From: Bugula neritina
Lineage: Eukaryota > Animalia > Bryozoa
NCBI GenBank assembly: GCA_964035545.1
Contig: OZ037770.1
Location: forward strand, 14,312,642 to 14,376,641
Direction of reading: 5' to 3'
Length of the DNA stretch: 64,000 bases
Position 1 is the stretch's first letter. The number at the start of each line of letters is the position of its first letter. Below are positions 1-13,791 of the stretch, one piece after another. The notes below the pieces were generated by a model. The model did no database searches, was not told the DNA's origin, and saw only the letters and a program-made list of their open reading frames with translations. The position numbers were made by a program, and so were the translations under genes.

Positions 1-255
1 TTAACTCCATAAAATGTGTCTTATCTGCTACCTTCAATGTTTCATTTGAAATACAAATAAGAAATCTTTCAAAGCATCACACGTAAATAAGGGGTGCTTT
101 GAACTATCAAGCATAAAATATTAATCATAAACAGTAGTAATATAATATGTAGTTTCTATATTAGTAGAGCTATAGTAAAAATATAGTTTGTATATAATAT
201 TAGTTAGTAATAATCTAGTTTTTATATAATGATATTGGCTAGTAAAATTATAGTT

Positions 256-510
<255 letters not shown>

Positions 511-594
511 TAGCTAGTAATAATATAATTTGTATATTAGTAGCCAGTAATGTTGGTATCTTGGTTGTACACCTGGTATTCAAAAAGTGTGTAC

Positions 595-3500
595 CTTTTT
601 AGCACCATGGGTGTCAATTTGAATGTACCAGTCTGGGTAAACGCCTTTTTTGATCAATTCCAGGTCAAGCGCATGGAACCGGCTGCGACCTGTTTCATCG
701 TAAGAGTCAGCAGTCAGCACCCCCAAGTTCTGCATACCTGAATGATAATATAGACACATGTCAACAGGTACTTGTATGATAATATAGACAAGTGTCAGCA
801 GGTACTTGTATGATAATATAGACATGTGTCAACAGGTACTTGTATAATCTGTAATCACATCTGCTAAACCGATGCTGCCAATAACACTCACATTTTCCAA
901 ATTCAACATCTTCAGCCCCAGAATCCTTTGCACAAAGACTTTCATTAGTTGCTCCTTTGAGGCCAAACCTTCTAAGTGCTTCTTTGCTGATTACATAACC
1001 ACCGCCTACAAAGTAGCCTCAGTGTGGAGATATAAATAGTCATACCACAACATGCGGCTTGCCCATAGCTCAGCCCTACAGAGTTCATACCAGAGATGAA
1101 TTTTATGAAAATCGCTTGGAGTAGCACAAAGTTGTTGGTCACTGAGTGCATTAGTTGGCGGTTTGGAGTTCGGACATGGTTGTCTATACAAATACTGCAC
1201 GCAGTGACCCCAAACCTTGTGCTGCATCTAGTGATTTTTGAAATTTATTTAATTTTGGCTCTAGGATGGACAAGAAAGTAGTTAGTTGAAGTTTTACAAG
1301 AAATAAAATAAAGATAACTGACAGCATATCTTGACTGTTGACCTAGGAATGACCTTGAGTACTAACCTCCGCTGTAATACCCGTTAGGTTTGGCAGAAGC
1401 GTTAAAGTGGTGACCATAATATACGGGTTCTTTCGGGTCTCTGTCAGCAAGAAAATATCTCAGATTTTCTAGGATTACAAACGTGTCATCATCAGCTTTC
1501 ATAAACCAATCAGCCTCATCGTAGTGGTTGTCGTAAATGTATTTGAACGCTTGCATAGTTTTAGCAGTCAAATGATCCCTTCCTTCGGCTACTTCCAGTC
1601 CTGGTAATCATAATGAATTATAACTAGAGATACAATTCATCTCTTGTAATACTGAGGTCGAGCAGGAACGGGGGGGGGGAAATTGAGAAAAAAAATTTCT
1701 GTGTTTTAGATTAGTAGCAAAATAAGTTATGTTCTCACAAGAACTTCAACCTGCGCTTCAAACAAAATTTATAAAAAGATTTAAAAAACTTAGACTATCT
1801 CAGTATTTCTGCTCCTAAATGAAAATATTATAATAGGAAACACAATTATATTACCTACATATACTTTTAATCACCACATCGCCATGCTAAGCATTATTCT
1901 AATAGATTTTTTATTTGATGCATGGGGACAGTGTCATTCGAATGAAACAACAACCATAGGTTAACACCGCAAACACTAATCCATTCATCGAGGATCCATT
2001 CAAATCATAGGAACGCAGTGAATCGCTTGTGAGTCAGAAGAATTGTTGAGTTATATGGAATACCTATGACAGGTGCAGGAAAGGTTGATGATTCGTTGCT
2101 GCTCACGTATAAGATCTTATTGCACCTGTGACCCCATGTGACATACGTGTGCAAAGCTTTAGAGGTCAAGGTTTTGGGTGATGTCATCACCCAGCATAAC
2201 ACTCGCACTTTCTGGAACAGCAAGGCGGCTATCCGCCGATCTTCGGCTAAAAAATAAAAACGCAAACACCACTTATATGTGCTCTGATTATTTAACGTAA
2301 ATCGCTATAAAGCTTGTATCAAATCTGATATTAACACTAGATAAAATTTGACAATCATCTTTGCAGGTAATCGTTTAAAATTTAAACTTTCAAATCAGCT
2401 TAGTAATTAAGCTGTTATTTGAAGCAGCTAAAAACTGCCTGCAGCAAACGTATTATTGCTAATTTAGTTTAGTAATACCATGGACTCTAATACTGTCCAG
2501 AAATTTCATAGGCATGAGCATAAAATCTGGTAAAGTACAAGGTTAATTAGAATTATATGTAGGTTGTAGTGTTAAGTTTACCCAGTATAGTCCCAATAGT
2601 GAAATGGCTAGCATGCCTGCTTGCAAACCAGTATCGGTTTATATCCCAGTGGTAGCAAAAGTTTTACATGGTCGCAAATTAGTTGTATTGTTACATAAAT
2701 ACTGCTATTAACGTACTACATATGTCATAAAGTCACAGCATTGGTAAATATGAGCACCAAATGGTATAAGTTGTGCTTCAAACACACTGACAACTATGTA
2801 AATGGAAATCGAAATTCATTTGCTGCAATCTTTGACGTTGCTACTTTTTTTATCCTAAAAAAATCTTATTCCGATTTTTCTGAGGCTTCTTATAAGAGAC
2901 TTAAAAGTAAATATGTTACACCTACCAATGTGATTTACAGTATGGTAAGGTAAATGGTGCTCTATTGTGGGCAGGGGTGGATAGGTGGGGGCTGCACCCC
3001 TGCTCAGCTCTCTGCATAGCTCCTCTATCGTTTCTAACTCGACTGTGCCGTTCACAACTTTTGGTGCTTTGATACTGGTTGTTTGAGCTTCAGGGTCATG
3101 GCCCTTGACCGTAGCAGATGGCGCCAACGTAGTGGAGGTTGTGGAGGTAGTGGAGGTTGTGGAAGAAGTTGAAGATGTAGAGGAAACCGTTGAGGAGTCG
3201 TATTCAAGTTTGACTTCAGTTTGAAAAGTGCTGGAGTTAGAAGAAAAGTGTCTTTTCACTAAATCTAAAAATTCAAAGCTGTTTTTTAGTGTTAACCAAT
3301 GTTTTACATAAATCAACCCGGTAAGTCTATAGGTATATGTAAACTCAGAATTTGTGACAATACTGTACACAATAGTCAATCATATCTTCCTTTCCATCAA
3401 GCTATCACTGTATAAACTTACATTGCCAGTGTTAATACACCATCATTAAAGCACAATTTTAGGTTATAAAGAGCTGCAACGGCCCAGGTATGTTTGACAA

Positions 3501-5077
3501 TCAGGTAAATGACTTAAGTACTTAGTAATTTCAGTTATAGGTGTACATATATACAACAACTTTGAAAAACATGATTCTAATTTAGACCTCTTCTTGGCAA
3601 CTGCTAGATTATCTAAATATCTGTATTGCTATATGGTTGATTCATGCATTGGTTCGATTGGGCATATGCTTATGCATCAAAATTCATTCCTGCATACAAT
3701 TGACACATAGATGTAAATATGCATCATGAAACCCAATGAAGTGACGTATATTTACATATAACGGGTTTATAAGCCATTATCTTTGTTAAACAAACTGGCA
3801 CGCACACATCTTTATGCATATTACTTGCTAAGATTCATTACACATGCTTTACAGTGTTTATTTCTGTATTTTCCACAAGAATTTCATTAATACCAACACC
3901 ACAATCCTACAGCCCAGGCTTCTATTTCAGTATAATACTTTTAAGCTACATATTATAATAAATTCTAACTCTGGTCGGTTGTTCACTTATTTTAACTTTA
4001 GGCTTAAAAGTTAAGTTAGACTCAAAGTTTTCAGCATATGCTTACAAAGGTAGCAATCTGCGGGCTGACATAGTGTGTGCCCATTGGCTACTTTAAAGAG
4101 GCACAGGTTTATATACTGATTCACTTCTCAAAGTACTACTTAACACAGCTTAAACAACTCACCACGCCTAGTGGGAATTATTAGTATTAATATGTCGTGC
4201 ACTATTTTGCAGCAAAATTAATTTTTCTTGGGTTTATGTTTTAATCTTCAAACTATTCATAATTAATTTGGCTAAGTGTGGCAGGATGAGCAGGGAGAGG
4301 TAGTGAACCAAAAACCAGTGTGCTGCTAAAAGTATTGCAAGTACTTTAAAAGTACTGCTGCTTTGACTACAATTGTCGCTACTAATATCACTACTACTAG
4401 TAGTACTACAACTAGTAAGGCTATTTATATAGTACTATTAACAGTGCTACTATACTAGAACTACTATTAGTATCACTAGTGTTACCATTAACTTCTACAA
4501 ACTACTACTATTGCCACTACTACTACCGCTATAGCTACGACTGCTACTGCTACTGCTGCTGCTTTTTAATATGAAAATAGAAAATATAGCAGCCCTTGGT
4601 TGCTAATAAAACACAATAATATAATATAATAAAACACAACAGTATAATATAATATATTATATAATATAATACACCATTTAATTCATATAATATACAAGAG
4701 CTCATGGTATTCAAATATTTTAATAAAAAAGTGTGTACACAATATGACAGGTTTAATAATGGTAATATAAAATTGCGTTAAAGTTGTATATGTGTTATAA
4801 AATGGTGAGGATATAATATAGAAAACTGTGAACTGGTTGTCAAAACAATATGAGAGAATACATTAAATGTAGAGCATATTATATTATGAGTTTAAAGCCA
4901 ACTGATATAAGTATAGCTGTTATGTATGTTACCAGGAAGATTGACTTTATAAACTTTGCCAGAATAGAATGCTGAGTTAGTCTGCATCTGATATATTCCG
5001 CTGGTTATCAGAGTTATTACCATCACAGTGAGCATGCCCATTGCAAACTTCCTGTGAGTCATGGCTGTCGCTCTCAT
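595..5077 (-). CDS. C1GALT1: Core 1 beta-1,3-galactosyltransferase (T-synthase)-like, copy A; last exon lies left of the window
   Basis: Exons 5077-4933, 3264-2926, 2246-2064, 1600-1367, 1005-892 and 737-595 join in frame at GT-AG boundaries. N-terminal TM anchor, Ser/Thr stem, [18 protein letters not shown] (DxD), [26 protein letters not shown] and GRSRFH are GT31 motifs. Confidence 0.9.
742..848. repeat. 34-bp intronic tandem repeat (~3 copies)
   Basis: ATGATAATATAGACACATGTCAACAGGTACTTGT units abut the acceptor at 738; about 2 copies in copy B. Confidence 0.85.
2565..2657 (+). mobile_element. Degenerate tRNA-derived repeat
   Basis: TGTAGTGTTAAG..CCCAGTA flank followed by a degenerate A box, GCCTGCTTGCAAACCAG and a B-box remnant; same family as 8340, 21206 and 34588. 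Confidence 0.6.
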
Positions 5078-5124
5078 CGCCGTTCAGTTTAGAGATCTAG
5101 AAACAAGCCTTCAAGTGAGATATA

Positions 5125-5420
5125 GTCATATGTGTAAGTCATATGTGTAAGTCATATGTGTAAGTCATATGTGTAAGTCATGTGTGTAAGTCATATGTGT
5201 AAGTCATGTGTGTAAGTCATATGTGTAAGTCATATGTGTAAGTCACGTGTGTAAGTCATGTGTGTAAGTCATGTGTGTAAGTCATATGTGTAAGTCATGT
5301 GTGTAAGTCATGTGTGTAAGTCATGTGTGTAAGTCATGTGTGTAAGTCATATGTGTAAGTCATATGTGTAAGTCATATGTGTAAGTCACGTGTGTAAGTC
5401 ACGTGTGTAAGTCATATGTG
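5125..5420. repeat. 14-bp minisatellite (AAGTCATATGTGT-type) in the C1GALT1-A 5'UTR intron
   Basis: About 21 tandem units; the copy-B array at ~23838-23965 is much shorter. Confidence 0.95.
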
Positions 5421-6165
5421 AGAGAAATCATTAAGAATAGGAAACTGGGATGTTTCTCTTTTCCACGGCACACAACTAACTATGTGCATCCTCTCTAACC
5501 TCAACCATTAAAGGTGAGAATAAAGTTATATGTAAAACATCCGCCCCACCAGCGTGTAAACCTTTACACTACGGGAAACTCAACACTGCAATTGTCACAG
5601 TTCTATAATTTACTTAGATTTCAGCTGCATTTTAAGAATAATTTAAATATATGTTTGAATTCAAAAAGCTAATATTGCAACATTATAGTAAAAAATACAT
5701 TCACAATCAGAAAATGTATATAATCATAAGCTATATAATATTTTACTTACTTGTGTGCTTTGCAATTAAGGTCAGCGTGAATGCAGTGATGCCCTGCTGA
5801 ATTCAGAGTCGATGTTTCAGTGAATTAACCAGGCTTTTACTTTCGATCAAATATATTTAATAAGAAGTCCTTTTACTCATTCCACAACTCGTTCACTCTT
5901 CATCCTTCTTCTGCTTGAAAATCCTCCTTGATTCAAATCTAAATAGGTTTCTATAAGCTGAGTGTTTAATAGCCTATAAACTTATTTATGTGGTTAATTT
6001 ATATATAGGGATATTTATAATGATTTAGTTGACTTGCAACTCAAGTCAGGCTTAAAGTAATAAATCACCACATGGACAGTTTTCTTTAATCCAGTTCATC
6101 TAGCTTACAAAGTTGTCAAGTGTGCTAAGGGTACAAATATGTACCCAGTCGTGACAAAACCACTC

Positions 6166-6168
<3 letters not shown>

Positions 6169-6240
<72 letters not shown>
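6169..6240. repeat. (TA)n microsatellite near the duplication boundary
   Basis: Pure TA run. Confidence 0.98.
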
Positions 6241-6242
<2 letters not shown>

Positions 6243-6599
6243 ACCCTCTTTAAAAACTAGTTCAACAATAATACTTAATAATATATTATAGCTATATTAT
6301 TTATATTCACTATAATTATAACTATAATATAAGTGCTAGTTGTTTTTTTCTAAAATTCTTACAGCATTTCAAAGACCAAATTTCTGTAGTAAGTTTACGA
6401 ATTTATTTTATATGTTATATGTACAAAACATTTCTTAGACAATGCTTTTTCAATACGAGTGCAGTTGATAATACTATATTAAAACTATATTTGTTCTATA
6501 TATAATCATGTTTTTGAATATGATATTCTTAAGTTTAATACACAATCTTATCAACAATGTTTTTCCGATTTATGCTATACATATATTAAGTTTACATAC

Positions 6600-6783
<184 letters not shown>

Positions 6784-6903
6784 TAGCTGTTATATAACAC
6801 GCCTGTATTTCGTATAATAATAATATTAAAAACAACAATAATATACTACTCAAGTAGGGAATCATTGAAAGTAAAATTTTCAGAGTATTTCATCCTTCAA
6901 ACC

Positions 6904-7047
6904 AAATTGTCCTATAAGCAGCTCAGGTACTTTAGTTTGGGGTTCTCAAGTTTTGAGTTAGGAACCTAACCTTAAGCTTGAGAGCCCCTCCCCTCTCAAC
7001 TAAAATTGTCCTTCACCCCTAATTCTAAGCTGCTGATAAGACAATTT
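6904..7047. mobile_element. MITE-like nested inverted repeat
   Basis: Outer arms AAATTGTCCTATAAGCAGCTCAG / CTAAGCTGCTGATAAGACAATTT; inner imperfect hairpin at 6939-6988. Confidence 0.5.
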
Positions 7048-7543
7048 CCTCAAATCAGGTGAGTGTAGTTCTCCTTGACTGAATACTTGAGTGTGAGTAG
7101 GATTATTGGCACGTCACACTGACGCCCCTCCAAGTTGCAAGTGAATTAGATGCAAGAATTAGGTTTACACTTGCTATGCCAAAATATGACTAGACTTGAT
7201 GATTGATTAAGGTGCTTTATACAATTATTGATAATATTAGCCTCAGAACCTGCAGTACTGATAAAACTTAGTTGCTACAACAGGGGCCGTTATCAACCCC
7301 TCCCACGCTAGCAGTACAACTAGTACTTAGTTTACACACACCCCTTCAAACTATTAACGTTTGTAGCACGTGCAAAGTTAGTTACTAGATTAATACGAGC
7401 ATATGCATCAGTTAAGAAGTTCCATTATATTATATTATGTATTATGCCAGTGGCTGGACTACTTGGGAGTTGAACAGGGGCTATAAAGTGTCAACACCCT
7501 CGTCAATAGTTAGCTAAGGTGTCAGATTGCATTTCTGGTAACC

Positions 7544-9894
7544 ATGGAAACATGGCATTACAGATTGCCTTTTATTTTACATGCAGCTGGCCACCTATAC
7601 TATTTATTTAAGCAGGTTAGTTTTAAAGCAATTTAATAACATTGTCACCTGCTCATATAGTTTACCAAGAATGTTTTTAACTGAGTTTATTTTATTTTAT
7701 TTTATTTATCTAATTTTAGCAAAGAGTCAAAAATGATTTTAAGATAAAACAAATGCCAATTTAAATTCAATATTTGAAACAAAATGATTTTTTTGCATTA
7801 TGCTATGAAGCTACAGTAGTTCTTGTGAGTTTCTAAATGTTTTCATAATGAAAAGAGCAAAGCGAGTGTAAGGTTATGAACTTTATACTAATCTAAGTGA
7901 ATAAATTGGTAGCTCAACAGTTTCATCTCATAACAACAGTTTAGACTTCAGAGCATCATGCTTCTAAAAATAATCAATCTATAACATATATGAGGTTCTG
8001 AAAAGTTAATTCAACAAGAAATCTGCATGTGTTCTTTCTAGTAGATTGTTGTCATAAATTGCAGGTAAACCAAAGTCACACAGCACCTGTGCATGTGTTT
8101 TTACCTGTAATGATAATAACCTCAGGCTGTGCTATTGACAACATCAGGCTTAGTCTAGGAATTACCAGCATAGGGAAAATCTTATCCTACGTCTCGTTCT
8201 TTCTGCATGTCACAGCAGTACCTTTGGTTATCATCTCCATCACTCACATAACAGAGGTTAGTTTAACACCAGATGTGAATTCTGTTTTAAGTGTTGACTG
8301 ATTAAATTCTTTTTATAAGTAAATCCTGCTAAAATATTTTCTCTCTCACTGGGATTCGAACCCAAAACCTTGCAAGCAGGCGTGTTAACCATTACACCAC
8401 AGGAACCACTGGATTATCTCAGCACTACAGCTTCATTATCTAACCTTGATTTCATAGTACTATCTCATGCTACAGTTTCAAAACTTTGATGTAGTTCACT
8501 CTTTATAAGATTATTGTTAGCACTAGTTTCTCTTGTAAGTTGAAAAATCAGGCATACAAAGAGATTATTTACACTATTGTTATCTATGGAGCTTACTACA
8601 ATCATTTAAAGAAACTGTTGGCAAAACCAGTGTGTTTATAATAACTAACACTGTAACACATTCATATTTAATTGTCTTTTTCAGGCTTTCTCGAGCATTA
8701 TGGGAAAAGAAACAACCTGGAACTTGGTGCGTGCAGCTTTATATCTGATAACTGCAGCTCTTGTTATGGATGGGTTTGTGATATTCTTCTGTGAAGTGTG
8801 GGGCAACTTGATGGTGAAGCCAACACCTCAGAGTCCACTCAGCCAGTTTGGCCTTCACCAGGTAGAACATTCTAGAATCCTTACTATACATACGTCTTAC
8901 TACATATGAGTAAAATAGCAATTTTAATAACAATATGCTTTTATTCACATATTACTTATACAAACAGTTTTATAACATATAACAGGGGTGGGCAACTGGG
9001 CCCCTTCCCCCACGGGCCACCTGTGGCCCTTTGCCCATTTTAGTGGCCCTTTTAATGCTTAAGACAAGTAAAAACTGTCATTATTATACTGATTAGCACA
9101 GTGTAGGTTTGGTTACAGATTACTTTATTATAATGAAGTTTAATATGTCTAAAATCATGTGGCCCTTCGTTTTGGCTGACTTCTGCACTGGCCCCTCATC
9201 CACAAGAAGTTGCCCACCCTTGATATATAGAAATACTTGTACATAAGCTTTCACTTTATTAGCAGAATGTAATGAGATACAACTTGGTCTGCCAGAAGCA
9301 GCTAAACTCTTAAATAAAAGTGTTTTCTCCTTTTTTCTTTAATATTAATTAGAATTGAGAATTTTTAAGAATGGAACTTCAAACATTTTGCAAACAAGTG
9401 AAAAAAAACTTTTTTAATGCAATGAAAACTACTTTTTAGTCGCCATATAAAATATTCCTATGATAATATTCTAGTAAATAATTGTATAAATTTAAAATAA
9501 TTGTACTGCAAACTTGCTATAACCATCTTGGATATTATCGAGTGACTTAAAAGTTTAAATATCAAAATTATATTTTTTGTTGCTATTCGGATTTGATTAT
9601 TTACAAAAAGTACGAACATTTGTTTCTATTTTAGACTTAGGACTTTTACTGTTGTAGACTCCACAACGATTTCTGCTCGGAGTTATAGTGCTGAGCATAT
9701 GGCTGCTGGTTTGTGGAGGCCTGTATTGGTATGAGAAGTCAGACAACTCCGTGTTTCTCATCCAACTATTCTGTTTTTTAAGTCAAGCTGTGACTCCTCA
9801 GTTAGTGAGAAAATCATGGCTGATGCAAGTTATGAACTTGTTCGAAGTGCTAGTTGTAGGCAATATAGTCAATATTATGACTGCTGTGTACTGA
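7544..9894 (+). CDS. Uncharacterised multi-pass (about 7 TM) membrane protein, ~225 aa
   Basis: Exons 7544-7615, 8065-8256, 8685-8861 and 9658-9894 are all phase 0 and GT-AG, giving one ORF METWHYRLPF...GCAIDNIRL...FFLHVTAVPL...MNLFEVLVVGNIVNIMTAVY*. Confidence 0.8.
8340..8429 (-). mobile_element. tRNA-derived repeat (SINE-like)
   Basis: Minus strand shows TGGTGTAATGGTTA (A box), GCTTGCAA and GGGTTCGAATCCC (B box); the anticodon/variable region is broken. Confidence 0.75.
8983..9222. mobile_element. Non-autonomous hAT-type MITE (240 bp)
   Basis: TIRs CAGGGGTGGGCAAC / GTTGCCCACCCTTG, internal GGCCC motifs and a degenerate 8-bp TSD (ACATATAA / ATATATAG). Confidence 0.8.
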
Positions 9895-10723
9895 ATAGAG
9901 TTATCTTCCCATCACACTTTTTAACGTGTACTAATAGAGATATAAGGAGTTATCTACTCAATGCACCACTATAAATAATATTATAGCTGTTGATCAAACT
10001 GAATTATGTACTTATAGTTAGGAGAAAATCAATATTCAAATTTTTCAGAATTTTTATTACATGCTCTATTTTGAACTTTCAGTATCAATCATTTCTAACT
10101 TTATTTAAAATAAATTATATTCAGCAAGGACATGCATTTGATATGGTGACAAAGTTAGAGCTTTCATGCAAACTCTCTGTATAATATTTCATCACTATGA
10201 AAGGGAGTTCTGAATAATCAAATAAGAATATTTCATATCTATAATAAAATCTGACTTTATCAGCTCTGTGGGCACTTGCACTTTGTAAAGGCAACTTCTA
10301 CAACCCTAGCAAAGAAGAAAACATAAAATTTATCAATAAATGTAGCTTTCAAAGTTCATCATCGAAAGATAAAATTTATTTAAAACAGAAACCCCAAGTA
10401 AAGATTGCATAACTCCCATGTTTGGCTGAGAAATAACGTACTCAAAACCATAATTAACAATCATAATTAAAATCAAGCCAATAACTGCTTGAGAAAATTC
10501 ATAAAACTTTAGGCTAAAATGAATAATGACCGCTATTTTCTACTAAACAACATTTGGAAAAAAAGACAGGCTTATTGAATATCAGGTGCTAGTTTATGCA
10601 AATAGGATAAAACATCAAAGAGCACTTTGCAATGCCTGTCATCATTGAATGGAGACATTTAGCAGTTTAGCCTTAGGTTATAAAACTCAAAGTATGCTGC
10701 TTAAGGGTGGTTCAACAGTACTA

Positions 10724-12473
10724 TCAATATCCATTACAAACAGCAGGGCTGTTAGAGGCTGAGCTATCCGTGCTATGCATGTGTATTGATGAGTCCCATG
10801 AGCAGGAGAGCAGGGAGTTATCTGACCTCCACACTAAACCAGTAACAAAGTCTGTGTGACTGCAGTCTGTATATCTGTAAGAGATCAGTGCGAATTATAT
10901 AATAGGACACACAACTCCAATAGCTATTCAAAATGAAAATATTATATGAGAAGACAACTTTTAGATAATACAGCTTTTATTTTATTCCCAAGCCAAAAAG
11001 ATTATCACAACAGAAAAATAAATAAATTAGCAATACAAATCGCATTGTGTGACATTATTGGGGAATGATGCGGAACTTCTGGAAGTTAGCCTAAGGACCT
11101 AGATACAAGTGAAGTGAAGGTGGGTGGCATACTTACACAGCCTGAGTGTTGAGTAGATTGTAATTAACTACAGCGACTAGGCCATCCTCCCCGCAGGTCG
11201 CTAGTAGGTCCTCCCTGAAAACACCAGAATGCATTAGACAACTTCATCACGTGTCAACAGGTGTCATCAGGTGTCAACAGGTGCCACCAGGTGTCAACAG
11301 GTGTCAAATGCAGTGAGTTATATAAGAGAGACATCTAGACACAAGTCAACAGGTAAATAGACATCCTGCAGACTAGAGCAGGTGGGGGTGAGGATAGGGG
11401 TGGAGGGGTTACAGGGTGCAAAGGGGTGACAGGTGAATATGATGACTCATCCAACACAATACTAGAACCAGCTGTCTCAATAAGAACACTATTATGTATG
11501 CTCAGGAGTAAAATGCAAGAACTGTGCTATGATAGTCTAAACTATTTCACTGTATTCTGGTATTCTTGTAAAAAGATATCACTTGCACTTGCTATCCACC
11601 ACCTATTTACTACTTGTCTGGCACCTGTCTACCACCTATTTACTACTTGTCTGGCACCTCTCTAGCACTTGTCTACTACTTGTCTGGCACCTGTCTACCA
11701 CCTGTCTGGCACCTGTCTACTATTTGATAAGGACTAGTAGGATACAAAAGGACACAGTAATACAGACACACAGACAGACAGACAGGCAGGCAGACAGACA
11801 TAATATAGATTGAGAAACATGAAGCCAACCTGGATGGGGAGAATTTAATTCTCTTAATAGGTCTGCTGTGATTGGACACACTTTTCAGAGGAAGATGGGA
11901 AGAAGTTCTGAGATCTTTAATGAGGAGTTCTCCCCTCTGTGTGCCCACAGCTAGCTTGTTGCCATGGTAACAGACTGATGTGGCAGTGTCTTTAGATACG
12001 GCTGCAACACAGAGGTCAAGGTTAAGCAGCAACCAATCAAAGTCAAGAATTAGAGTCCATGTCCAATAATGCATTGCATATCCGACCACTCAGGGTCAAA
12101 GGTTACAGTAAGACTAGCCTGTGATCCTACAGTAACTCCTACACTCCCACCTTATGTATTCATGTCTATCACCAAATCAGATCTATCTAGCAGAAATTAT
12201 TACTCACAAACTTTTCTGGCCGGTTTAGGGTTTCTTGAGTCCCAAACTAAAACAGTGCCATCCATTGAACAGGAAGCAAACATATGTGGAGATGCATTGT
12301 GGGCCGTGACCTGATTAACTGTGTCTCCGTGTGCCCGATATTTGTGCAACAGTTTGCCTTCGCTTACATCAGCCGTACAAACACTAACGGGAAAAAAACA
12401 CAACACATTCAGTGAGTAGCAGCAGCTGCAGTAGTAGCAGTAGTGGTAGTGGTGGTGGTAGTAGTAGCAGTAC

Positions 12474-12533
<60 letters not shown>

Positions 12534-13791
12534 CAGCAGTCGTAGCTATAGTGGTAGTAGTAGTGGTAGTAATAGTGGTAGTAGTAGTGGCAATGCTGTT
12601 GATGTACTCACTAGTAATCGTCGCTGCCAGACACACAGGAATTACCGTCAGCAAACACGGACAGGGATGTGACAAAGGAGTGGTGTTGTATTGCTTCAAC
12701 TGGGTCCACAAATTGTCCGTCTTCTAGTGTGAGGACATCCACACTTCCTGTTAACATGCAGACGAGAGTTTATATATAAACGTGATAGTGAGTGGTTAAC
12801 TTTTTCTATTGATTGACTGCTTTCAAATCTCCAACACAAGATAATTTATTTGCACTAGGCCGCCTTTTGTATTAAAAAACTGTTTTCGAGCAAAAACAAG
12901 CTAGCTTACCATTATCTGTGGCAACTACAGCATGGGTGGCGTCTACCCAGGCCCCATCTGCTAAACTAACAAACATTTCTTTGGATAGACGACTACACGC
13001 AAGTTCCTCCTTGAGATTTGCATCAGCAGTGAAGTATGTGAGACCTCCATCCCAAGTGTGTCCAGTGAGATTACTCGACACGACAAGGACACCACCCTCT
13101 GTGGAAACATTAAATACTCAAAGTTACTTTAAAAGTTTTCCGTGTGAGTTAAGTTGACTCTAGAAAAATTATTCTGGTTGGTTACTTTCACAGCTGTGGA
13201 GCTGTAAGTGTATAAATAAACAAAACTATAAGGCTTCATAATCTTGTTTCAGTTTGAATCATGTTGTTTATTTTAAGATTAAAACCAAAAGTGAAAATAG
13301 CATGAAAAAGCCACTCTGATTCACCCTAAACTTGAAATCAAATTTAATGTAAAAGTTGAAAGTCAGTGAAGAAGTCAAGAACTATTACTACTATTAGTAG
13401 TAATTAATACTAATACTAATAGTATTAGATTTAGTAATACTAATAGTAATAGTAATACTAATACTAATAGTTATAGTAATAGTAATACTAATACTAATAG
13501 TAATAGTAATAGTAATAGTAATACTAATAGAAATAATATCACCGGCACTACTAACAGTAAGATTACGTGCAAGACTAAAAGTAAGTCACTTAATATTACT
13601 GCAAGTGTAACACTAACACAGTGTCAGTAACAGCTGAGCCTGATGTTAGTGTTACGGTTACAGTCAGTGTCACACTCCCAGGGCCAGTGCGAGTGCGAGA
13701 CTGAGAGTGAGTGTAACTGTAGCTGTTGGTGTAGACGTTTACCTGAGTTTATGTCAATATTCTCCAAATGTCTTCCGGTTATTGAACTCAT
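10724..13791 (-). CDS. WDR77: Methylosome protein 50 (WD40 repeat)
   Basis: Spliced ORF MSSITGRHLE.., SSNLTGHTWDGGL, VSGSDD, YRAHGDTVNQV, FASCSMDGTVLVWDSRNPKPA, HTDFVTGLVW, LLSCSWD; matches MEP50 organisation. Confidence 0.85.
11240..11308. repeat. 10-bp intronic repeat (CAGGTGTCAA)
   Basis: About 6 units near a WDR77 acceptor. Confidence 0.75.
11590..11722. repeat. ~33-bp intronic minisatellite
   Basis: ACTACTTGTCTGGCACCTGTCTACCACCTATTT-type units, about 4 copies. Confidence 0.8.
12416..12590. repeat. (AGT)n-type trinucleotide repeat filling a WDR77 intron
   Basis: Source of the poly-S/T/V ORFs. Confidence 0.95.
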
